A stretch of 64,000 nt of DNA, from IMG/VR virus record IMGVR_UViG_3300034816_000006, positions 12,196-76,195 of that record, one strand, 5' to 3'. Below, one piece after another: positions 29,970-41,290 of the stretch. The notes below the pieces were generated by a model, which was given only the letters and a program-made list of their open reading frames with translations, did not search any database and was not told the origin of the DNA. The stretch comes from a virus. Position numbers and translations under genes: made by a program. Every line of letters begins with the position of its first letter. The first letter of the stretch is position 1.

Positions 29970-30639
29970 ATGTCACCATCAAGCGCGCCGGCGGTTACGA
30001 CCCGCGACTCGGCCGCGACCACCCGCAGAACCAGGACCCGACGCTTGAGGCGCATGCGCACGTCGTCGACACGCTGACGATCCCGGCCGGCGAAGGGCAC
30101 AGCGACTACAGGTTCCGGTGGCGCTGTACGTGCGGTCGCGCTGGAAAGTGGCACGCGGCGCGCGTCAGCTCCGCCCGCAACGGCGGCGCTCGGCACGTGG
30201 CCGCGATGGAGCGGGGACGATGAGCGACGATACCTGCGACAGCGAGATCGAGCGCCGCGTCGCGGCCGACGGACGACTCGAGTACCGCGTCACTTGCAGC
30301 TGTGGCTTCGTAGGTCCATGGCGGCTCGCGCGCAGTTCTGCCCGTCGTGACCGCGACAACCACGAGGACCGGCGCGCGTGCGGTGAAGCATGACCTGCAC
30401 CCTCTGCTCTCGCCTCCCCGCGCTGCGGAACAGCGACTGGTGCCGCGCGTGCTGGCAGTTGTGGTGGGAGTTCAAACACGCATGACTACCTGCCCGAACT
30501 GCAAGCGCACCGTCGCAGTGCTGGTCGTCGTGGTGTCTCGCGGCGGAGAGAGCGGGCTGTGTGTTGGATGCTACGGCAGGGATGGCGAGCCTCTCCGCGC
30601 CATGCCGACGACAATCCCGCCACCGCGAGGTCCACGACG

Positions 30640-31968
30640 GTGATTCAGCTCCGTCCGTACCAGGAGCGGGCCGTCACCGCTCTCCGCGCCGCGTACCAGC
30701 GCGGGCGGCGCGCGCCGTTGCTCGTGGCCCCGACCGGAGCCGGAAAGACGATCATCGCAGCGTATGTGATCCAGTCCGCGGCAGCGCTCGGCAACCGTTC
30801 CCTGTTCGTCGCGCCTCGACGCGAGCTGATCGGCCAGACCGTGCGCAAGCTAGCCGATGCCGGAATCTGGGATGTGCGCGTGATCCAGGCCGCGAACGAT
30901 ACAGGCAGGCCAGACGCTCCGGTCATCGTCGGCAGCATCCAGACGCTGATCCTTCCGAGGTGGCTCGGACGACTACCAAACGCCGACCTCGTCATCGCCG
31001 ACGAGGCGCATCACATGGCTGCCACGAACTGGTCCAAGCTTGCCGGTGCGTATCCCACTGCGCGTTGGCTTGGCCTCAGTGCCACGCCTGAGCGAGCTGA
31101 TGGCAAAGCGCTTGGTGACATCTTCGATGATCTGGTCGTCGCGGCAAGCGTTCGTGAACTGACCGAGTTCGGCAACTTGGTCCCATGCCGCGTCTTCGCG
31201 CCGCCGATCGAACTCGACGTTGCCGAGTTGGCGCTCGACCCGGTCTCCGCATACCAGCAGCACGGCGCAGGCAGTCTTGCCGTTGTATTCTGCGTGACCG
31301 TCGAGCATGCGACGCGCGTCGCTGCAGACTTCAACGCGGCTGGTGTCCCGGCCGACATCGTCACCGGAACCACGCGCGCAGCGATCCGCGAGCAGACGCT
31401 CCAGCGCTGGCGCAGTGGCGACATCAGAGTTGTCACCAACTGCGGCGTGCTAACCGAAGGCTTCGATCTGCCAGCACTTCAGACCTGCATCCTGGCTCGC
31501 CGCTTCGGACATCCCGGGCTGTTCCTGCAGTGCGTCGGCCGCGCGCTGCGGCCCGCGCCGGATAAGACCCGGGCCACCGTCATCGACCTCTGCGGCAGCG
31601 TGCACAAGCACGGCCTGCCTGACATGGACCGCGAGTACAGCCTCGAGGGCAAGCCGATCAGCAGCGTGACGCGCGACGCGATCCGGCAGTGCCCGAGCTG
31701 CGGCGCGGTGTTCCTCGCAGGTGCGACCGCGTGTCCACAGTGCGGAGCAGAGCTGCCGCGACGGCCAGCAGAACTGCCGCGATCCACGGGCGTCGGCGTC
31801 GTTGACGTCACCGCGATCCCTAGCCCGCCGCAGCGCAGCTACACGCTCAGCATCACGGCGAAGTATTATGGTCAGTGCAGGAAGTGCACGGGATCTATCT
31901 CGCCAGGTGAGCAAATCTACTGGTCCAAAGGCGAGAAACCTCGACATGTTGAGTGTCGCACGGAGTAG
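30640..31968 (+). CDS. SF2 DEAH-box helicase with C-terminal zinc ribbons
   Basis: LRPYQ, APTGAGKT, DEAHH, LSATP, LTEGFD and QCVGRALR motifs. Confidence 0.95.
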   Translation: MIQLRPYQERAVTALRAAYQRGRRAPLLVAPTGAGKTIIAAYVIQSAAALGNRSLFVAPRRELIGQTVRKLADAGIWDVRVIQAANDTGRPDAPVIVGSIQTLILPRWLGRLPNADLVIADEAHHMAATNWSKLAGAYPTARWLGLSATPERADGKALGDIFDDLVVAASVRELTEFGNLVPCRVFAPPIELDVAELALDPVSAYQQHGAGSLAVVFCVTVEHATRVAADFNAAGVPADIVTGTTRAAIREQTLQRWRSGDIRVVTNCGVLTEGFDLPALQTCILARRFGHPGLFLQCVGRALRPAPDKTRATVIDLCGSVHKHGLPDMDREYSLEGKPISSVTRDAIRQCPSCGAVFLAGATACPQCGAELPRRPAELPRSTGVGVVDVTAIPSPPQRSYTLSITAKYYGQCRKCTGSISPGEQIYWSKGEKPRHVECRTE

Positions 31969-31970
31969 TA

Positions 31971-32312
31971 ATGCCACGCTCGCAACAAGAATCTGTACTT
32001 CAAGACGCAATACGCCTCGCGCTCGGACGTGATCCTGGGGTCTTATTATTCCGTAACAACATCGGCCACGCCGTAATGGCTTACGGCGGACGCGTCACGT
32101 TCGGTGTCGGCGGACCAGGCGGTGCTGACCTGATCGGCATCCTAGACGGCAGGCCGTTGGCCATGGAGGTGAAGACTCCAACGGGCAGGCAGTCCAAGGA
32201 GCAGCGCATGTTCCAGCAGCTGTGGGAGACGCGTGGCGGCGTCTACCTGATGCCGAGGAGCGTGGACGAAGCGGTGGCGATGATCTCCGCGGCACGTGAG
32301 GCCAAGCAGTGA
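31971..32312 (+). CDS. VRR-NUC domain nuclease
   Basis: GGADLIG...MEVKTPTGRQSKEQ..F motif. Confidence 0.85.
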   Translation: MPRSQQESVLQDAIRLALGRDPGVLLFRNNIGHAVMAYGGRVTFGVGGPGGADLIGILDGRPLAMEVKTPTGRQSKEQRMFQQLWETRGGVYLMPRSVDEAVAMISAAREAKQ

Positions 32313-32327
32313 TCGATCGCGACAACT

Positions 32328-32789
32328 TCACGATGCTAGGTAGCGAGCGGCAGCTACCAGCAAATCCGGCGCGTCCCGAAACAGACCAAGCCCTCGATTG
32401 CACGGCCCGCACAGCAAACCGCGAATTCGGTTCGTCTTGTGACAGTGGTCTATGTCAAACTTCGATGTACGCTGCGGTGGACCCTTGCAGATTGCACACT
32501 TGCCTTCCTGGGCCTTCAACATCTCCCCGTAACGCTCAACGCTTATCCCATATCTCGACAAGCGCGCGACGTCGCCGGGAGTCAGACCGGCCTGAGCGCG
32601 TCTCTCCCTTAGGTTCTTCATGCGCCTGCGGATGGCCTCCCTCGCGGCAATCGGGTTTCTCTCTCTCCACTCTCTATTGTACTGCACGCGACATGTTCTA
32701 CAGTACGGGTATAGGCCGTCAAGCCACTTCTTCGCCTTGCCAAACTGGTCCGTCGATTTCTGTTGTCCGCATCTTGTGCACTTCTTCAC
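32328..32789 (-). mobile_element. Free-standing endonuclease VII-type (HNH) homing endonuclease gene inserted antisense
   Basis: CAICK...IDHCH...IRGLLCGPCNRGLG; N-terminal CxxC. Visibly lower GC. Has its own promoter TGcTATGAT-N6-GTG. Confidence 0.8.
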
Positions 32790-32847
32790 CCATTCATCAT
32801 AGCACGTATGCAATAGTAGAGTGCAACACCAAAGACGGAGACCCTGC

Positions 32848-34953
32848 ATGATGTCAGTGCTAGACTCCGCATCACTCTGCGCCGAGCGCGGCCTCCACAC
32901 GATTCCGGTGTGGACCGCGACCAACGGCGTCTGCAACTGCACGCGCGGAGCCGAGTGCATCAGTCCCGGCAAGCACCCCGCGATCGACGCGTGGCAGACC
33001 TCGGCGACGACCGATTTGCACGTGATCCGCGACTGGTTCGCGGGCGGGCGCTATAACATTGGCGTGGTTTGCGGCGCGTCGAATGTCGTCGTCATCGACA
33101 TCGACCCGCGCAACGGCGGCGACGTGACGTTTGCGGCACTCGTCAACGATCTTGGACCGCTGCCGGACACGCTGACGGCAGACTCCGGCGGCGGCGGGAC
33201 GCATTTCGTGTTCCGCAGGCCCCAAGGCGAACTCGTCAGCAAACTTGGCCAAGGTGTCGATCTACTGCGCGACTCGCGCCAGTTCCTCGTCGAGCCGTCG
33301 CTGCATCCCTCAGGCAAGCGCTATCAGTGGCGGACCGGCCACGCGCCGGACGAGATCGCGATCGCGGAACTCCCTTCAGCCTGGCAGCAACGCCTACATC
33401 CGCGCATCGCGCCGCGACCCACCGCGCCACCGCGCCACCGCGCCGACGACAGCGACCGCGTCAAGCGCGCACGCGCCTATCTTGCCAAGATCCCTGGCGC
33501 GGTGTCAGGCGATGCGGGCCACACTGCGACGTTCAACGCGGTAGCCGCGGTGATGATCGGATTCGACCTCTCCGAACAAGACGCGCTCAACATCATCGCA
33601 GCTGACTACAACCCACGGTGCGACCCGCCGTGGTCCGAGCGCGAGCTCGAGCACAAGATCAGGTCCGTGGCCCAGCGCTGCGAGCGCGAACGCGGCTACT
33701 TGCTCGTGGACCGACCGCGATCAGGCACATCCCAACCTGCAGCCCCAGCGTCTCCACCCTCAGCGCCCCCGTCCAGCGACTGGCAGTCCCGCCTCCTGTT
33801 CAACGCCGAGCAACGCCCACGACGCGCCTACCACAACACCGCGGTGTTCGTGCGCGATCACCCCGAGTTCGCGAACAGATGGAGCTACGACGAGATGACC
33901 GGAGCGCCCTACGTCGACGGCAAGCCGATGGATCCGGAGATGGTCCACTACATCCGGGCCCAGGCAGATTGCAGACTCGGCTATACGCCGTCCGCCGCTG
34001 ACGTCGAGGCTGCGATCGTCGCCGCGGCGAAGGAGCAGTCGTTCCACCCGATTCGGCAGTACCTGCGCTCGCTGGACTGGGACGGAACGCCGCGCCTGCA
34101 CGCGATGGCCAACGACTACCTGTCCTCGGACTCGCCGCTCCACGCCTCGATGGTGCACAAGTTCATGATCGGCGCCGCGGCCCGCGTGCTCTGGCCCGGC
34201 TGCAAGCTCGACACCGCGCTGATGCTAGTCGGGCCTCAAGGTCTCAAGAAGTCTACGTTTTTCTCGATTTTAGGCGGCCGCTGGCACTCCGATACCTACA
34301 TCGATATCACGAACAAGGACGCGGCGCTGCAGTTGCACGGCAGCTGGATCTACGAACTGTCCGAGCTCGAAAACGTCGTTACCGGTGCGCGCGAGTCCAG
34401 GCTCAAGGCGTGGATTACCAGCACACACGACACGTACCGGCCACCATATGGCAAGGCCGCGGAGCGTCGAGCGCGTAGTGCAGCGATCTGCGGAACCACG
34501 AACCGCAAGCAGTTCCTGACCGACGACAGCGGCAGCCGGCGCTTCTGGATCGTTCCAGTCGGCTGTGAGGTTCCAGTAGAACTCCTTGCCGAACTCCGTG
34601 ATCAGCTGTGGGCCGAGGCAGTCTGCGCGGCCGAGAGCGGCGAGACTTGGTGGTTCGGCAACACAGTCGACGAGTCGGCCAGAGAGGTGGCGAACCGGGA
34701 CTTCGCAGACGATGACGACCCATGGACCGGAGCTGTCGCCGCCTGGGTGGAGCGTCCCTCGGTAGCCATGAGTGCGACATCGGTGACCGAGATTCTAACG
34801 CTCGCCCTGGACGTCAAGCTCGAGCGCCAGGACCGCGGGTCACAGATGCGGGTCGCCAGGATCCTGCAGCGCCTGGGCTGGGAGCGGTACCGCAGCAGTA
34901 CTGTGGGTAGGCCATGGGGGTATCGGCGACGCTCACTGCCCGGAGTTGAGTAG
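32848..34953 (+). CDS. Bifunctional primase-polymerase fused to VirE/VapE-type helicase
   Basis: PGKHP, NIGV, VIDID.RNGG and GGG.H motifs; C-terminal KLDTALMLVGPQGLKKST, ICGTTN and GSRRFW. Confidence 0.9.
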   Translation: MMSVLDSASLCAERGLHTIPVWTATNGVCNCTRGAECISPGKHPAIDAWQTSATTDLHVIRDWFAGGRYNIGVVCGASNVVVIDIDPRNGGDVTFAALVNDLGPLPDTLTADSGGGGTHFVFRRPQGELVSKLGQGVDLLRDSRQFLVEPSLHPSGKRYQWRTGHAPDEIAIAELPSAWQQRLHPRIAPRPTAPPRHRADDSDRVKRARAYLAKIPGAVSGDAGHTATFNAVAAVMIGFDLSEQDALNIIAADYNPRCDPPWSERELEHKIRSVAQRCERERGYLLVDRPRSGTSQPAAPASPPSAPPSSDWQSRLLFNAEQRPRRAYHNTAVFVRDHPEFANRWSYDEMTGAPYVDGKPMDPEMVHYIRAQADCRLGYTPSAADVEAAIVAAAKEQSFHPIRQYLRSLDWDGTPRLHAMANDYLSSDSPLHASMVHKFMIGAAARVLWPGCKLDTALMLVGPQGLKKSTFFSILGGRWHSDTYIDITNKDAALQLHGSWIYELSELENVVTGARESRLKAWITSTHDTYRPPYGKAAERRARSAAICGTTNRKQFLTDDSGSRRFWIVPVGCEVPVELLAELRDQLWAEAVCAAESGETWWFGNTVDESAREVANRDFADDDDPWTGAVAAWVERPSVAMSATSVTEILTLALDVKLERQDRGSQMRVARILQRLGWERYRSSTVGRPWGYRRRSLPGVE

Positions 34954-34969
34954 TGCATCTGTCATACCA

Positions 34970-35250
34970 GGATCGTCCCGTCTGCCGATTGGGACGCGTC
35001 TCTTGTGGCCTATCCCAATGGGACGCGGCTAAGTGCTCATTGATGTCTTGCTTATTCCCTCTTTGTCCTAACTGTCCCATTCTAAAGAAGGAAGAAAGAT
35101 ATAAATATAGTACCTCGAGTTATAGGAAGGAGGGAAATGGGGGGACGAGACGGGACGGACGGGACGGCCTCCAGATTCCGATAGCGCACCGCGGTGTTGC
35201 GCAATCGATCCAAAAAGTCCTAAGCCTTTTATGGCGTTGGGCGTCCCAAG
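34970..35250. other. Probable replication origin
   Basis: Noncoding, with the most AT-rich tract seen (35080-35125) flanked by repeated GGGAC/GTCCC motifs (34975, 34991, 35020, 35074, 35142, 35152, 35161, 35243), directly after the primase-helicase. Confidence 0.55.
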
Positions 35251-35386
35251 CTATAGTGAGCGCCATTCTGCCAACCTGTCACACCAACGACCGTGACCAT
35301 ATGTGACCATACATGCAACCTACTGAAATCAGACAAACAGCGAATCTTGGAACTGCCGCCACCGCCTTGCATCTATCGGAGATCAC

Positions 35387-37002
35387 ATGAAAGCCCACTG
35401 TATCGAATTCACCGGCGATCGTGCCACCGTGGTGCTGACACCCGGATGGCTGCGGCGTCTGTTCGGGGTGAGGGAGGTTGCCGTGGACCTGGAGTGGCTT
35501 GGTACCAAGAACGCCAAGGACTGGTACGCGCAGGGCACCGGCCGCTCCGTCCTTGAACTTACCCACGGTGACCTCATCAGGGACGCCCTCGACTTCCGCG
35601 AGGTCGGCACCGAGCGCCGCGGTGCCCATGCCAAACCACGGCTGTCGCTGGTCGGCGACGAGGCGGTGATGCCGTGAGAGCGCTGGAAGCGAACCTCGAC
35701 GGCCAACTACACGTCACCGGAGCGTGCTGCATGGACCGCGTGTGCCGACGATGCGGCGCCCGTGAGCACTGGCAGCCGGTGCATGGCGGCATCGCCGAGC
35801 TCTGCGAGGAGTGCGTCGAGGATGCCGTCGAGTGGAAGGCTCGCGGCACGTACCTGACCGACGTGATGGACGAGAGCGGTCACGGCGTCGTCGGATCGAC
35901 GCTGGTGCTCGCATGACCTGGCTCGACCACTTCGCCTGCGCCCTCGTCGACCAGGCCGCGATCCAGTCGGAGCCGGTAGCGGCAGTCAAGTGCCAGCGCT
36001 TGGCCGAAGCTGACGACGCACTGCGTAGGTCAGTCGAGCCACCGCCGCCCAACCCGCTCGCGCCCCACCTGACCGCCGTGCTGGCCATCGTACGCCGTAC
36101 CGGCGGCTACATGGACCCGGAGGACCAGGCGGTACTGCGTGCAGCTACGGCAGCGGTGGCCGGTATACGAGAATGCGGAAATCCGTGAATCGCGGTGAGA
36201 GGCGAACCGCTGGCGTGGCCGTTTTGGCTGCTAGAATCGCGCAGGCGGCGCTTTCGACTCCGGATCGGTCGACGCGGCACCTGCAGTGTGTGAATTCGAT
36301 ACAGGCCACACAGGCAGCGGAGGCTGGTTCATGATCTTCACCCGCCACGCCGTGCAGCGGTACCGCCAGTTCCACATGCTGGACCAGCCCACCGCTACGG
36401 ACGATGACGCATACGACGTGCTGATGCGGCATGGCCCGGCTGCCGTGCTGAGTCGCACCAGGACGCATCGCGGTGACCCGGTGTGGATGCTCGAGGCGCT
36501 GGGCGCTGAGCTCGTGTGCAAACACGAGAACGGTACCGTCACATGTGTCACCGTGCTTCCTCCTCCGCGGTTTCGCGGCCTGACGCCGCTGCAAGCGGAG
36601 CGCGTTGCGGACTCGCATCGTGAGGCGCGTGAGCGGGCCGAAGCTGCGCAACGTGTGGTCGCTGAGACGAGCGCTGCCATGGCTCGGGCCATCGTGGCCC
36701 GGAGGGTCGCGGCCGCGCCGGCTGCGATCGCGGTCCGCAAGACCGAGCTGGCCATGCTGCAGGCCGACCTGTCTGCGGCCAAGCGCGCCGCGACGTTCGC
36801 CGTGGCCGAGCGCGACAGCCTCGGGGCTGCGCTCAAGACCATGCGACACCAGCTGACCAGCGACGAGACGGTAAGCAAGCTGAAGGCCGCGCTCAAGGTC
36901 GCCGTGCGTCGCCTGATGGAGGTCGGCGACGAGGACGGGCTGGCGGCGATCGCCGCGGTCGACCCGGGCCTAGCGTCGGTGGAATTCGTGGAGATCCGAT
37001 GA
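35387..37002 (+). CDS. Hypothetical genes (35387-35677, 35674-35916, 35913-36188, 36331-37002 coiled coil)
   Basis: Mostly coupled plus-strand ORFs. Confidence 0.55.
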
Positions 37003-37231
37003 ACGCCTACCACCGCCGCATCGGCCATGTCACCGCGCCCGCCGAGGTCGTCGACCCGGAGATGCGCATGTCGCGACTGCGCCAAATCTGCAGGACCTGG
37101 CGATCGTGCTTGGACATGGAGATTGGCAATTTCACTGACCACGATCCGGTCCGCGATCGCTGGACTCCGTCACGTCACACCGTTACGACGACTGAATCGA
37201 CCTCCCACCCCTCCCCGCGCACCATGACCAG

Positions 37232-37393
37232 ATGCAACGCCGCAAGATCGCGCTTCGCCCCGAGACCATCCGCCACCTGACCGACCTCGGCGCTGTCGTC
37301 GGTGGGCGGCCCACGAGTTGGCCGTACTGCCTGGGCGCGGAAGCGGTTCAGACCACGCAGACGATCAAGTGCCCGACGGCGGCGTGCGGGTGA
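37232..37393 (+). CDS. Lanthipeptide-like RiPP precursor peptide 2 (53 aa; not in ORF track)
   Basis: MQRRKIALRPETIRHLTDLGAVVGG|RPTSWPYCLGAEAVQTTQTIKCPTAACG; same leader family as 18296..18478. Confidence 0.7.
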   Translation: MQRRKIALRPETIRHLTDLGAVVGGRPTSWPYCLGAEAVQTTQTIKCPTAACG

Positions 37394-37538
37394 CTGTTCG
37401 CGAGCTTGGCACCGATGGCCACCTACACGAGACGCCGGTTGCGCCGGCGCTGCAGCTGGTCAGCGTCCCGGTCGTCGTCGATCTACCGCGTCCGTGGCTG
37501 CTCGCACGAGCGGTTCGCTGGATCAAGCGCTGGTGGTT

Positions 37539-37820
37539 ATGCGCCTGATCTCCCTGCTCCTGCTCGCGCTCTCCTGCCTCGTCCGCCCGCATGCCGCGCG
37601 ATGCCCAGCCGGTCGCGACCTCCGCACCGGGATCCGCCGCGATGGCAGGTTCGAGTGCTGGTCAGCGCCGCGCGGATCAGTGGTCTACGACGGCACGTTC
37701 GGTCACCCAGATCGCAGCGTGCAGCGGGACGATGCCGTGGAGGCGAGGATCGTGTGCACGGGTGGGAGCGTGCCGATCGTGGTGGATGCGGTGACGGTGG
37801 GCTGTCAGATGAGGCACTAG
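37539..37820 (+). CDS. Small exported Cys-containing protein
   Basis: MRLISLLLLALS-C signal/lipobox plus four Cys. Confidence 0.6.
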   Translation: MRLISLLLLALSCLVRPHAARCPAGRDLRTGIRRDGRFECWSAPRGSVVYDGTFGHPDRSVQRDDAVEARIVCTGGSVPIVVDAVTVGCQMRH

Positions 37821-37826
37821 CAGGCG

Positions 37827-39738
37827 TCAGCTGCTGGGAAGTCCTGCAGCGACTGCGCGGCCGATCGCTTCCCACTTCTCGTACCAGTCCTCAGGTATCG
37901 GGTGGTGCTCACGAAGACGAGGTGACAAGTGCAACGACATCGCCATGGACATCAGGTCACGTCCGCTGGTGTTCGGTAGACCGTATTCCGCGTGATGACG
38001 GAGATCTCCGTCGACGAGCGTCACGGCGCCTTCGCGCACCAGGATAGTGCACACCGGCCTGCGGTGGTCCTCGCATGACTCACCAGACATCAGGGTTGCG
38101 GCCAAGTGCAGGAACGGGAACTCCGTGGCCAGGGTGCGCCAGTCGCTCTCCACGCTCTCAGCGCTCGGCCACTTCCCGACGTTGTCTGAGTATTCGATGC
38201 GACCATCGGGCCGACACCAGCCGTGCGGTCCGCCGATGAATGCCGTACTCAGCCAGTTGTTGTGTACGTATTCGGTCTCGATGCAGCCCCATGCGCGCTG
38301 CCACGCCTCAAGACGTCCCCACGCCGCGTGGAACTGCTTCGGAGTCGAATTTTCTGCGGTCATGCGGTCGGTATCTGGCATGCCCAGGCGATGCTTCATC
38401 CTTGCATTCCAGTCGTGATCGTTTCCGCCGTATCCGTTGCACAGGAAGCTATCGGTTCGGCGGATGATTTCCATGGCCTGGTCTGCCGTGACCGGCCTGC
38501 CGCTGACCACCATCTGCGGCCACTTCGGAAGCCCGTAATCCTTGGTCTCTTTCTCGCTCATCCTCTTACCTTTCGCACCGCACCAGCAGTGTTGCAAGCA
38601 TCAACTCGTCGATCCTCGGCGTCGTCACGCGCCCCATCGGGACCAGCGAGAACTCGAGCTCGGGCAACTCGCCGGTCGCCGACGGCACGGTGCAGTCGCT
38701 GACGTCGATCTCCCACTGGTACTCGTCGCCGAAGTGGTCCACCCAGACCTGTTGCGTGCGACCGTCGGGCCGGGTGATCCAGACGGCGCGGGGGAGGCGG
38801 GTCATGAGCGCTCGGGTGGCTTCGTCTCGAACCACGCGGCCAGCGCCTCGAGTTCACGAGCCGCTTCGCGCATCTCAGCCGGTGTGCGCAGGAGGCCGTG
38901 CATGACGACGCCCGTGTGGCTGCCGATCGAGAACGCGCCGGGCGTCTTCACTGCGAGCTTCTTGGTCTGCGGCTCGCGTCTCTGCCATTCAGCGAATGCC
39001 ACGGCCCGGGCCCTCGCCGCTACGTCGTCCGGCGTCTCGGCGCGTAGGTCATCGCTGTTCGCTCGCTCGTCTGCGTCTTCACCGTCGAAGCGCACCAGGG
39101 GAAACTTGGGCGCCGGCTTGACGACGATTCCGCCCTTGCCGCGCTTGAAGCAGTCGAGGCCGATCACGCGGTCTCCCTTGGAGAACTTGGTTGGCTTGGC
39201 CACAGCTACTTCCCCTCCTCGCGGGCGTTGATGGCGGCGTCGATGCGGGCACGTAGTGCGGTCAGTCCGTCCGAGTCAACGCGGGGATCGCCGACCGGAT
39301 ACCGCATACAGGCGTTGCAGCGATCGAGCAACAGTTCCAGCGCGCGAATCTCTTCGACGACCTGAGTGCGCAGCTTCACCACCATGTCTGGCGTCAGCGT
39401 CTCGACGGTTACCATCAGCGCACCGCCTGGGCGACAACCTGCCACTGCCGATCCGTGAGATCACGCAGCGCACGCGAGAGTGGGCTGTCGGCGGACGTGA
39501 TCCGATTCTGCAGTTCAGCCGAGTAGATGCAGCTCAGCCTGCTATCATCGACGAGCACCTGGTCCAGTTCGAGCGCGTAGATGCGTCGCTCGCCATCTTG
39601 GGTCGTCAGCGTGACGCGGCCGGTCTTGGCGACCGTAGCGGTGGCGCCGAGTGACCTGATCTGGCGAAGCATGTACGCGGTGCCAGCGGTGAACTGGCCA
39701 TCCTGCAGGCCGAACACAGTGACGGTCTTGGTTGCCAT
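37827..39738 (-). CDS. Leftward accessory operon of five hypothetical genes (39415-39738, 39206-~39416, 38802-39203, 38566-38805, 37827-38561)
   Basis: Closely abutting ORFs driven by the promoter at 39748-39775. Confidence 0.6.
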
Positions 39739-39747
39739 GTTGCTCCT

Positions 39748-39880
39748 ATAGTACGTCCATTTTCATAGAACGCAAGCCTCCCGCTGCGTAGATGCGGTTC
39801 ACGCAGTCCGGATGCGGCGCGTCAAGGCGTTGAGTCTCACGCAGAGAGGGCTGGACATCGGCGCGGAGTGGTCGTACTAT
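39748..39880. promoter_or_regulatory. Divergent sigma70-type promoters
   Basis: Minus strand: TTGCGT(39775-39770)-N16-TACTAT(39753-39748). Plus strand: TGGACA(39852-39857)-N17-TACTAT(39875-39880)-N6-GTG(39887). Confidence 0.7.
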
Positions 39881-39886
39881 ATCAAT

Positions 39887-40302
39887 GTGAAGACGCTGAA
39901 TGATCCTAGGCTCTCCCTCGCGACCGCAGCCATCCGGGCTGCGTATGCCCACAACGTGCTCGACGAGGCAGATCGGCTGGAGTTTATCGCATCGATTGGG
40001 TCGGATGACCTATCCGACGCAGAGGCGTGGTCACGTCTTGTGATCCACGATCTATCGGCGCGCTGCCGATCGTTCACGCCCGCCGTGCTCGCGAACCTTA
40101 TCGCCCTCTGCGCGGCATGTGATGCGGTCCGGTCATGACAAAGGACAGGACCCTTTCCGAAGTTCTGCACAGCCTTGGGTATGACCACGTTGCCGGCCGC
40201 ATACATGGCAAGAAGTCGATTCGGCGGGGCGGCCTTGAGGTAGCCCACCTAACCGCCGACGAGGCGTGGATATGGCTGCGTCAGACTGGGCAGGTGCCAT
40301 GA
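39887..40302 (+). CDS. Two small hypothetical proteins (39887-40138, 40135-40302)
   Basis: Leaderless GTG start; ATGA coupling. Confidence 0.6.
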
Positions 40303-40487
40303 CCCGCGGTGGCCCTCGCCCCGGCGCCGGCAAGCCGCCCAAGTACGGGATGACGATGCGCGAGCGCTGGGAACTGAAGCTCACCGAGGCAGACGCAGCG
40401 GAGATCCAGGCGGCGATCCCGGACGGCTACCCGCGCGGCAGGTGGGTGGTAGAGGCCGCCCTGGCGAGGGCAAGGAGGGGAGGGTGA
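40299..40487 (+). CDS. Small DNA-binding protein (RGGxRPGAGKP motif plus RHH-like domain)
   Basis: MTRGGPRPGAGKPP...; paralogous pattern to 3785..4009. Confidence 0.65.
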   Translation: MTRGGPRPGAGKPPKYGMTMRERWELKLTEADAAEIQAAIPDGYPRGRWVVEAALARARRGG

Positions 40488-40827
40488 GCGGGATGCTGAC
40501 ACCCGAGGAAATCGCCGCGCTTCGCTGCTGTCGTCTTGCCGGTCCGCGGCACGAACTGGCGATTGCCCGAGCGGCCATCGATCGGCTGTGCAGAGAAGCA
40601 CATGCCGCCATTACCACGACGGTGCCGCAGTCCGTTCGCGCTCGGCGCAGCGACGAGACCTGGTTAGGATGGGCGATCCATGTTGCCCACGAACGCGGGT
40701 TCGCCGACGAGGACGCGGTGCGCGACGTGTACACGACAAACCTGCTAGCTGGTGCGACCGAGCGTGACAGTGCGCATCGGGCGCTGATCGCGACCGCTGT
40801 TGTCTCTGGTCTGTCGTTGGGTCGCGC

Positions 40828-40860
40828 CACCTGACCGCACCTGCGACACCTATGCACCTG
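40828..40860. repeat. CACCT(G/A) x4 tandem sites
   Basis: Copies at 40828, 40838, 40847 and 40855; includes TGCGACACC, shared with 42427/42447. Confidence 0.5.
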
Positions 40861-40935
40861 CACTAGGTATGCAAGTGTGCGTCCGGACCTCGTATCGCCC
40901 ATGTCATGGCGGCGTGGCAGAGTCTGCTGCACCAC

Positions 40936-41286
40936 ATGAGCATCAGCGTGCCCAAGGGCTTCTCCGTCTCGCTCCCCGTGAACATCACTGACGGTCCGGT
41001 TCCGAACCCCGACACGTCGACGCCGCTGACGAACGTCAAGAGCGATGACCCGTGGATCCGGGTGGTCTACCCCGATCCGACGCCAGGCGTGACGAATCCT
41101 GCTCGTTCGATCCGGGTCGACGCGCTCGGCAATCCGGGTCAGGGCACCAACGTGCATGCGACGTTCGTGTCGCCGCTCGACGGCGCGATCCGCAACATGT
41201 CGGACACCGCGACCATCACGGCGCCGCCGAACAACGGGACGGCGAGCTTCGGCACGCCGAGCGCACCGTTTCTCACCCCACCGTGA
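40936..41286 (+). CDS. Pro/Thr-rich beta protein (possible virion accessory)
   Basis: MSISVPKGFSVSLPVNITDG...; preceded by a late-promoter-like GTATCGCCCA at 40892. Confidence 0.6.
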   Translation: MSISVPKGFSVSLPVNITDGPVPNPDTSTPLTNVKSDDPWIRVVYPDPTPGVTNPARSIRVDALGNPGQGTNVHATFVSPLDGAIRNMSDTATITAPPNNGTASFGTPSAPFLTPP

Positions 41287-41290
41287 CGCG

